64,000 nt of DNA, from contig NC_047067.1 of assembly GCF_902459465.1 (NCBI RefSeq), positions 1,612,001-1,676,000 on the forward strand. Direction: 5' to 3'. The DNA comes from Asterias rubens (taxonomy: Eukaryota). The notes under the pieces were generated by a model that worked only from the letters and a program-made list of their open reading frames with translations, searched no databases and was not told the DNA's origin. This document shows positions 54,901-64,000 of the stretch, one piece after another; position 1 is the first letter of the stretch, and every line of letters begins with the position of its first letter. The position numbers were made by a program, and so were the translations under genes.

Positions 54901-57900
54901 GAATTCTGTTCACAAATTTTCATCTCTAACTTGATTCCGTTGCTATCTGACTTGTTTTCCCCACACTTTACCGTTCCTGCAATTTCCTAACAAAACTCAC
55001 CGATATCATCTCTACTGCTCGTCTTTGATCTAGTCAACCGAACTGATGCCCTATCACAGTAAATATTCACATCGCTGCTCCTGCTACTTGTTGATTTAGT
55101 GTCAACTTGGGAGGATTCTGATGTTACACTCGCCGTCTCTACGTCCTTATTTCTGATTTTAAAAACAAAAATTAATTTCAACATAAAAAGGGTTTTCAGG
55201 GTTCTTTTTGTGGCAAGTGCTGTTTGTTATGTTGATGAAATCAACTGTATTTTGAAGCAGGAGAAACCGTGGATAAGGTGCCTCCAGACCATTCAACCCC
55301 ATTGTCTGAACATCCAAGAAGGAAATGACTAGCAACTTGTCTTTGCCTTCACCTTTTCCAAGAGATATCCCCTTTTTAGTCTGCCTCATTCAATAATTAA
55401 TTACTTTCTCTTCCTTTTCCCACCTTTGACTTTGTCTTTTGTGTTTCCAACCTCTTGTTGTTAAACCAGCCCTTTCCCTGGACCCCCTTATCTCCTTCAT
55501 TGTTCATTCCTTGCTTTTTTGGTGTGCTTTCTACCTCCCTCTCATTTTTGTCCATTTGATTGCTCCTTTTACACCAGTACACCTTTTTATGTGTGTTGTC
55601 ATTTAACCTTGAGAAAGACTCTACTAGAAACATCAGGCCATTAACTCTCTTGTGCATTTAAACCAGTTTTGTAAATATGACTCAGGTTTTCTTTTATGAA
55701 AGTAATTCTTGTGACTACTGACTTGACTTCTGTTCGCTTCCCAAGTCGAAAACTTCCGATACTCCGACGACTCTTTTTACGCTCTGGCAGGGATCCTTGA
55801 GAATCAAGATCTCCGCATCTTAAGTGAAAATAAAAAGATGTTTGATGTTTTGTGGAAAAGAAGGCATGATATAAAACAATGAGGGACAGAGTTGACTTCA
55901 GGGCTCGAACTTGTGGGCAAAATTCAGAAGACTGCAGGATTTGTAGCTTAGAATCTTTACTTGACTGGGATTTTATTTACAAGACAATGAAAAGAGACTA
56001 AAATCAAAACGAGAACCAGTTGTATGATCTGAACTGTTTACACCAAGATAATTTTGTATGTCTTCTGTTTTAAGGGTGGTACTCTACAGGATTGAAAGAT
56101 GTTTGTGATACTCGAGCTCAACACTTGAACTTCATTCTTTTAAGACAAAATTTTGAATTTAAAATTACAAGACCACCAGACTTGTCCTGCCTTTCGCTTA
56201 CTGGCCCAACAGTAAAATCACCCGGAGGTAAAATCTGAGCCCCTGTGACTTGGAGATGAAGAAACAGGAAAGGGTTTGGGAGATTGCGACTCCCTAATGG
56301 CTAAATGGATCAGAGTCAAACAGAACTCAACTTACTTCGGTTCAAATTTTTGTCTTGAGAGTCTGAAACTTGCTCTTAGCTTGTCTCCGGATCGAGGGAT
56401 GTTTTCAAGAGATCCACTGATATTGTAACTGAAGATTGTAAAACAACAAAATTTGTAACAATTCAAATATACCCAGCAGGGAACAATTTCGTCCAGCAGT
56501 TATTGCATAGGTAAATATTAAGACTGGTTAAATTTTGTGTACAATAATGGTAAACATTGAGTAGCAAAAGATGATTTTTTTAGAAGTAATTTATACATTT
56601 TGCATTGCAGTTTGCTATAAAAGGGAAATCTTTCGATGACCAGTTGCCATTTATTACGGTTCCGAGGACTGGATTATTTACATGCATCCCATGAAAGGAA
56701 ATTTAGTTATATCTCACAAACATTTAAGATATTACTATTCGTGTTGCCACGTCTTGCATGACATCAATTAGCTCACCTCCCCTCTGGTTTTAGTTTTCCG
56801 AGTCCAAAGCTGTTTCGTTTTCTCTTCTTTTTCTCAAGGGGTGTATCTGATGGGTTTCCTTCAGTCATTCTGTTGCAATAGGGACGAGGAAAGAGAACAA
56901 GGAAAAAATATAGACAAAGGATTGTTGTTATATGTACTGAAGATTGTCTGCTGTTAAAAGTAAGATTGACGTCAGATAAAGAATGATACACTACTTGGTG
57001 ATAGGGTTGTCGTTGTAGTCAGCAAAACAAATTAATTATGCACTTTGGTTTCAAAATTATGAGTTTTTGTACTCAAATGGTAGGATAGCATCTTTCAACA
57101 AGAACATTTTTTAATCAAAGCAAAACTGTAAAATAAAAGGTCATACCTAGGTAATCCATCTGTTTTGAGTTTTCCAAGGCCGAAGCTTGCCCTCTTCCTT
57201 TTCTTGCGGTCAAACAAACCGGCAAAACCAGTTGCACCATCATTTTCATCACATCTAAATACAAAAACAAGTTACGTCAAAGACGTGTAAATCTTTACTT
57301 CAGACTAACAAACAAAATATATTCAGATAATTTTTACTTTATAAGTATCCATCAGAATTCATATTCATATGAATTTTATTATTTCTGAATTGCCAGTGTA
57401 ACCACCTTGACTTTCGCACAAAACTTGCACTGGTTTCGATGTTACTGAAACTGAAAAGCCAAGGCGGAAATTTATTCTTACCGATGTTCCATTTTTGACT
57501 TGCCAACACCAAAACTGCTCCTCAGTTTCTTCCTTCTGTCGAATGGAGAACTTTTCAAGATGTCATGGTCAATCGATCTGCATAACATAATCAATCCCAA
57601 CATCTCGTAACAATTTAAGAATACTCAGAAATACAAACTCCTGTTTATACCAAAAAGTGCCCGACTATTTTTTGCTCCTACAGCCTCAGTTAGGAGTAGA
57701 TTTTGGAATTAAAAATACTACTTAGTTCTGAAAAGAACTATTGCGCTTAATAACTACTGCCTGGTGAGGGGAGATAGGTAATCGACTGGGACTACTATTT
57801 TTGCCTAGTGAATTGAGGGGAATTCTTGTTATGCAGCAGAGTGAGCTCTGCATAATTGGTTCCAGATGGGGATTTAAAGTTTTAGGTATATTCCACAGTG

Positions 57901-60900
57901 ATCATTTATGCATTCTATTGTTTTAGTTTGTTAAGCTTCTTAGTGTCTTAAAGGCAGTGGACACTATTGGTAATTACTTAAAATAATTATTAGCATAAAA
58001 CCTTTCTTGGTGACAAGTAATGGGGATAGGTTGTTGGTATAAAACATTGTGAGAAACAGCTCCGTCTGAAGTGCCATAGTTTTCGAGAAAGAAGTAGTTT
58101 TCAACGAATTTGAGGTCTCGACCCCAAGTTTAGAATTTGAGGTCTCGAAATCAACCATCTAAACGCACCCAACTTCGTGTGACAAGGGTGTTTTCTTCTT
58201 TCATTATTATCTCGCAATTTTGATGACCGATTGAGCTCAAATTTTCACAGGTTAGTTATTTTATGCATATGTTGAGATACACCAACTGTGAAGGCTATTC
58301 TTTGACAATTACCAATAGTGTCCACTGCCTTTAAGGGCAAGCAATCTTATAGTGTAGGGTGAAACTTGTTACCTTTTCTCTGTTTGACTTCTTGACATCT
58401 GTGACAATTGATGGTCGAAATGACTATTGCTACGAGCTCTCTGTTCACTCCCAATTCTGTTCATGAGTTTTTAAAGAAAGAGTCTTAGAATTCACAATAA
58501 CTATACAGTCCCTGGTCTGAAATCTTGTTTTAGTCTCTACATGTAATTCTTTATTGAAATTATTAAAGCTGACACACTGAATCCGCTCAAATCCTTGTTG
58601 ATGGATTCATGGCTTGCTTGATCAGCATTCACTTAGATTGTTTTTTTAAATCATTTTACTGGGTCATCAAATTTGGTGAATCAAGTTTCCCCCAATCCAC
58701 CATTAAGGACTGCAACACCTTGCCCTGAATTTATGTCATCTCTAGTAAATCAATGGACACCTTTAAAGACCTCACTAAAAAACAAAGTTACTCCCTCCCT
58801 TTACCCTCCCATCCCATCCATACATTTTGCAAGCTGATGTGATGTGTCTTTTAAACATTTTTGTGCCAGCTTATTTAAAACAGTACAGAAGTTAAATTTA
58901 GTCAAAGAATTAAAGGTTTATCGATAGAAGACGGTAAAACCAAGCCCTCCAACCACATTGATACATTATCACAGCAGGCCTGTGGCTGTACATTGAATTG
59001 TGAACTCTCACCCAGTTACATCACAGGCGCGCTCTCCACAGATTTGATACAGAGGAGAGGGCCTGCACTTGCAGTCTGCTAACTAGGTGAGAAATCATAA
59101 TATAATTCCATGTACGCCGCAGGTCTGCTTTGAGCATGTCGACACAGCCCTTTAATATACAGTCAGTGAAAGTCTTAAAGTCCTAGGGTTAGGATTACTG
59201 TTAAAGTCGACCTGTGACAGGCCTGGAATTAAACACAGGCCACTGCCTGTAACCCTGGTCTTGGTGCCCCTTCCAAAACTTTCTCATAGAATGGAAGGGC
59301 CCTTTGCAAAACCAAAATGGCCTAGTCCTCTCATATATCAAATTGCAGGCCTGCTGTTATTACCTGTAGTAGCTTGCATTGTTGTCCTGGAAGACTGGTT
59401 TAGTGTTTATGGATTGCTGAGACTGAGACAAAACATCGTCAAATATACTCTGCTCCAGTAGTAACTGAAAGAAATTAGTTGTTGTTGGGAATTTGTTATG
59501 AAATTTATGGACAAGTTAAAATTGTGTGCAGTTACGGAAACTGAAGATATGATCAGTCAATCAATGGGAAACCTAAAATACATTATTTTTTTTTTTTTTT
59601 AAACAACTCAATGTTAGCAGCATCAATATTGAATTGAAGAATGTTTTCATTGAAAATGTTATAAAGAAAAATTTATAGTGTAAATTTGTACCTTTTTGTG
59701 AAACTTTCTTTCAACCATTTTCCTTTTTGTTTTTTTAGGGGAAATAAAGGGATGTTTTAAATAAAGTGCACTGTGTTCAGTGACGTAAGTTTTGTAGTTT
59801 AACCCTCCTATACTGTTTGACTATTTGTATATTACTCAACCGAATGTCATACAACTCGTCCGTCGGACAGCTCGTCCGTTCGGACAAATCGACAGTTCAG
59901 ACATTTCGACGGGAGGGTTAAACTACAAAACTTATGTCACTGAACACAGTGCACTTTAACATCCCTTTATTTCCCTCCAAAAAACAAAAAGGAAAATGGT
60001 TGAAAGAAAGTTTCACAAAAAGGACAACTCAACGGTTCAGACAACTCGACTTTGAGACAACTCGACGGATGGCCAAGTCCGACAGACGAGTTGTCTGGTC
60101 TCCACTCAACCATATCCACTGTTATTTTGTATGGGTAAAATTTTCAAATCAAAAGATTATTATCCAAAGTAAGACTTAGTCTTGAGTGACTGGAACATGC
60201 TCTTTGCAGCGATTCAACTGCACATACCTGACACAATTTGACTGCATTTTCTCTGGAAATGTCTCGCTCAAATCCACTCTGCTGTAAATATGGCAGTAGG
60301 ACATCTACAGCATTGGCTCCAGTGAAGCATCCTTCGTAACGCTTTGCCTTGTTCTTGTGGGGTTTTGTGTCTACGCTGTCTTGTAGATGTTTGATAATGC
60401 TGTTCCATCGCTGTGTGGCTCGAAATGGTCCATTCATCGTACCTGCGGCAGATTGAGTGTTAATAATTGCTGCAGTTAATTTGAAAAATAAAATGTGCAG
60501 CAACACAACAGGCCTGTTTACAGTGAGTATAGTTGCGATATTGTAACCCTCCATCCTCCCGGTAATCGCAGACCATTGGGAGGATGGATGTTACAATGGT
60601 CGCAGACCGCTGGGTTGGGAAGATTGAGGGTTTATGATTGTGAAAATGATTATGATTTTGAAAAATACTGAAACAGCTAGCCCCACTTTTGTTAATAAGA
60701 CTAAAGTTGGCCACATAAGTGGAAGTGGGATTTCTGAAATCAGTGATGTGATAATATTGAGTGATACTTAGAACCAGGGCAACGCAACTTTTGGTTGCGA
60801 TAATCGTGACCCATATCCTCCCAACGGTTAGCCGAGTTACGATTATCGCAATGAACAAGTTACAGTTACACAGCAAATTGTCTTCTTTTTTAAACAAAAT

Positions 60901-61547
60901 TTATATTTTTACTCATATAGTCTAAATTTATAATCTAACAAAAAAATATATAAAAAGGCTTTTTGATTTAGTGAAATCCAGACCCAGTAACTGGGTCTCT
61001 GTACTAATTTTATTAAATTTTGATATTTGCATTTTTTTTCTGCGCCCACCCTGCCTGAGCTGAGGCTGAGCTGTTTTTTCACTTCCTGCTTTTTTTTAAA
61101 ATGTTAATTGTTTACTGTTTTTTTTTATACTTTTGTTTTAAACGTTTAATTTTTTTAAATCCCCCTGGAAAAAAAAGGTTAAGTAAACAAATTATTTCCG
61201 CTTATGGCACAACAGATACAGATGTAGCCCCACTTGTGTGGCCAACAAGTGGGGCTAATACAGATGCAGAGCCAGCCAGAGGCAGAGGCGCAGAGAGCAA
61301 GGTTGGACTCGACAAAACATGATGATTTTTTAATTTAAAAAATTGTGTTGAAAACAACGTTATAATTATTCGCGGTCATTTATCATACCGCAGCAATATT
61401 ATTGTTTTGATTTTGACACCACTCCGATCCGATATGTTTCGATTCCAGAATAACTTACTAACCTGCGTCATCCATTGAGTCTGTCATCGGTTTTGAACAA
61501 AAGTTTTGTGTTTCTCGCAGAGGGTGAATCTTCAACAAGGTCGCCAT
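51968..61547 (-). CDS. DEPDC7: DEPDC7/DEPDC4-family protein (DEP domain plus RhoGAP-like C-terminal half), up to 14 exons, ~684 aa
   Basis: Exons are 61547-61463, 60442-60228 (GPFRATQRWNSII...CFTGANAVDV, DEP domain), 59464-59364, 58456-58373, 57577-57482, 57254-57147, 56869-56777, 56428-56336, 55818-55723, 55152-55001, 54524-54362 (WKESTVQRLLQLVDLPLL), 53831-53462 (ELKRLLGFM), 52885-52684 (IFKIP) and 52164-51968 (YCQRV). All introns are GT-AG and phases close. The linker exons (58456-55001) rest on splice signals and frame only. Confidence 0.88.
53876..54240 (-). mobile_element. Tandem partial copies of the same tRNA-derived repeat (DEPDC7 intron)
   Basis: The block accaactaagctatccagccctatgttggcagtctccctattagtcaatatctttgtt occurs twice. 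Confidence 0.75.
55723..57577 (-). other. Array of five paralogous symmetric (phase 2-2) coding exons in the DEPDC7 linker
   Basis: Lengths are 96, 108, 93, 93 and 96 nt, all multiples of 3, each with AG and GT sites. Each encodes a basic cluster followed by SF[G/R][L/V]. Confidence 0.8.
57948..58334 (+). mobile_element. Family A MITE (DEPDC7 intron)
   Basis: Same TIRs and TTAA flanks. Confidence 0.9.
59842..60103. mobile_element. Short copy of the same foldback family, perfect 8-bp TSD ACTCAACC
   Basis: The ends read actcaacc|gaatgtcatacaactcg ... cgagttgtctggtctcc|actcaacc. Confidence 0.88.
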
Positions 61548-62346
61548 TTTGAAATTGAATTTACCTCGGTTTTATTTTGGATTACTACATTTTGACAAAG
61601 GGGGTGTTTGAGTCGAAACGCCCAATTTAAAAACGAAACGGACAAAAGGTAACTAGAAAAAAACTGCAAAATTTTGGGTTTCAAACCTTTGACATTCAAA
61701 GAATTGCTTCACATTTTAAAATAGTTTCGATATTTGTATGTACTTTGAACATTTTCTGATGTTGATTTTAAAACTAAAATGGAGTATGCCAATTCTCACC
61801 CACTCACCGAGAGAGGGCGCCATGCACCCAGCACCAAATCAATCAATCAATTATTGGAAAACAAAGTTGCAGGGCTCATATATCAGCAGAGTCGAGTCCT
61901 TTTCATTATAGCTCCCCATGGTCAAAGTCGGCAATGAAAGTTGCATAACCCACACCAAAGAGTAAGTAATTAAATGTATGCATTTTTATAATTTACTGTA
62001 TTGAAAAGCTTGGATAGGTTTCTTGCTTTTGCTTTGCTGTTAATTATTATTAATGACAATATTGAAACCTACAACAGCACACGATGGAGAAAAGGACGAA
62101 AACTTTTGGTTGCAATCTCAAATCTGAACCGAACTCGCTCCGCGCGCCGACGCACACTGCGTAAACTTTGCATGCAACAAGTCTGTGTGTACTGTGTGAA
62201 TGGTGATATACACAGTGTTTTGTCCGTGTGCAACAACACTGCATGCTATGTGTGGTAATTCTATTGTAGTCAACATTTTCTTTACACAGGGGGGAGTGTC
62301 ACTGCCAAAACAATCATACAATGCTGTTGTCTTCTCAACATTAACA

Positions 62347-62751
62347 TTAAAGGCAGTGGACACTATTGGTAATTACTCAAAATGATTATATTAATTAGCA
62401 TAAAACCTTTCTTGGTGACGAGTTATAATGGGGAGAGGTTGATGGTATAATTAATAAAACATTGTGAGAACCGGCACCCTCTGAAGTGCCAAAGTTTTTG
62501 AGAAAGAAGTAATTTTCCACCAATTATTTTGTTTGAGACCTCAGATTTAGAACTTGAGGTCTCAAAATCAACCACCTAAACGCATACAACTTCGTGTGAC
62601 AAGGGTGTTTTTTTCTTTCATTGTTATCTCGCATGTTCGATGACCGATTGAGCTCATATTTTCACAGGTTTGTTATTATATGCATATGTTGAGATACACC
62701 AACTGTGAAGGCAAGTCTTTGACAATTACCAAAAGTGTCCACTGCCTTTAA
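62347..62751 (+). mobile_element. Family A MITE sharing its right TTAA with a family B element
   Basis: The junction reads ...gtgtccactgcctTTAAagcaattggacac... Confidence 0.9.
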
Positions 62752-63067
62752 AGCAATTGGACACTTTCTGAACAGAACAAAAAATAAAAATTCACAGATT
62801 TACAAATAACTTACAGAGTTTACAGAAGGTAATGGTGAAAGACTTCCCTTGAAATATTATTCCATGAAATGCTTTACTTTTTGAGAAAACATTAAAACAG
62901 TTATCAATTCTCGAAATCGAGAATAACAGAGATTTATTTTGAACACATGTCATGACACGGCGAAACATGAAGAAACAAGGGTGGGTTTTCCCGTTATTTT
63001 CTCCCGACCCCGATGACCGATTGAGCCTAAATTTTCACAGGTTTGTTATTTTATATAAGTTGTGATA

Positions 63068-64000
63068 TGGGCAGTTCCATAGAAATGTAAACCTCAGTGC
63101 CAAAATTTCAAAATGGCACTAATGTGGCAAATGAGGCATCATTTTGTAGCTCATTGTATGAATTTTAATAAAATATAATTTGTTACTGAAAATATTCAGC
63201 GGCTTAAGTGCTATTTTCGACTGAAAAAATACTTTAAAAATAGTGAAATTTGCTAAAAAATAATGTTTTGCCAAATTAATCAAAATTTTTACTGTGGTTA
63301 AATAGTGTTTGTTTTGGTTTTGCACCTGTTTGAAGTTTGCTATGGTAACAACACAATGATGGAAAAAAAAAATAAAATCTTTCAAAATTTTATGATATTC
63401 AATATTTTAGGAAACTTACTTTTCCGATGTACGTCCGACACCAAAATAGTGAATATTTTAATCTCCCTTTTTCAACCGTGGGCAGAAAATTTTCAAATTA
63501 ACACTACAAAGCACAATTAATGCCCTCTATCTAAACATGGAATTATTTTTTTTAAAAAATCTTCTTAATCGTACAAAATCCTGGTGTCGGACGTGCATTT
63601 TGTTCGTACGTCCGACACCAGTACGTTCGACACCTCCAAAATAATTATGTGAAAGCCTTTTTGAATGCCTTTAAAATATCATACAAAGCTATAAATTGGT
63701 ACCTAGGGTAACTCTCACCCAAATCACTCAAATCTTGCCTCAAAACAAGTGTATTTCATTCCCCTTTTTTTCTACTGGCTGCTAAAAACACAATAATTTT
63801 AATCCGCAGAAAATTTTAATTTCTATTTCTAAAACCCACTGGTACTTATAATTAATATAAGAAAAGCTTGGTTTTTGCAGTATATTTGTTAAATTCAGGT
63901 ACATGTGGTTACCCCCAACCAAGGATAGAGCGCTTATTCATTTAGTAAACTGTTGACAATGCTATAAAGTTGGTTCTTAAGAGAAAATATCAAAACATTT
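63068..64000. mobile_element. Probable end of an unclassified DNA transposon (GGGCAGTTCCATAG...; repeated TACGTCCGACACC motifs)
   Basis: It interrupts the family B MITE at about 63067. acgtccgacacc is repeated in both orientations at 63430-63635, and the element appears to run off the window. Confidence 0.4.

Noticed and set aside
55159-55657. Purine-rich coding-like ORFs in the DEPDC7 intron after the exon array
   Set aside because: I found no acceptor/donor pair in a compatible phase, and stops interrupt all frames. Low-level alternative use is not excluded.
60460-60897. 145-aa ORF in DEPDC7 intron 1
   Set aside because: Low-information intronic sequence containing repeat fragments, with no recognisable homology.

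Overview
Eukaryotic, intron-rich, AT-rich animal DNA. From the gene set and repeat families it is probably an echinoderm such as a sea star (inference only). I assembled four conserved multi-exon genes by hand from GT-AG boundaries, and all intron phases close: LTO1/ORAOV1 (minus, 12581-14531), TIGAR (plus, 17714-32445), ACTR6/Arp6 (plus, 37542-47471) and a DEPDC7/DEPDC4-like gene (minus, 51968-61547). Two unrecognised, largely disordered ORFs lie at the left end: 1-1200, which is truncated, and a two-exon gene at 4872-8981. Introns and intergenic DNA hold many MITEs, tRNA-derived SINEs, foldback-like elements and minisatellites. The main observations are: (1) five tandem, frame-symmetric (phase 2-2) exons in DEPDC7, each encoding a polybasic R-x-S-F-[G/R]-[L/V] module; (2) LTO1-TIGAR and ACTR6-DEPDC neighbour pairs that mirror the human chr11/chr12 paralogon; (3) a foldback element whose interior is an inverted copy of its own flanking host DNA; (4) a TIGAR with a long acidic insertion. 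Homology and synteny statements come from recalled knowledge, not from searches.
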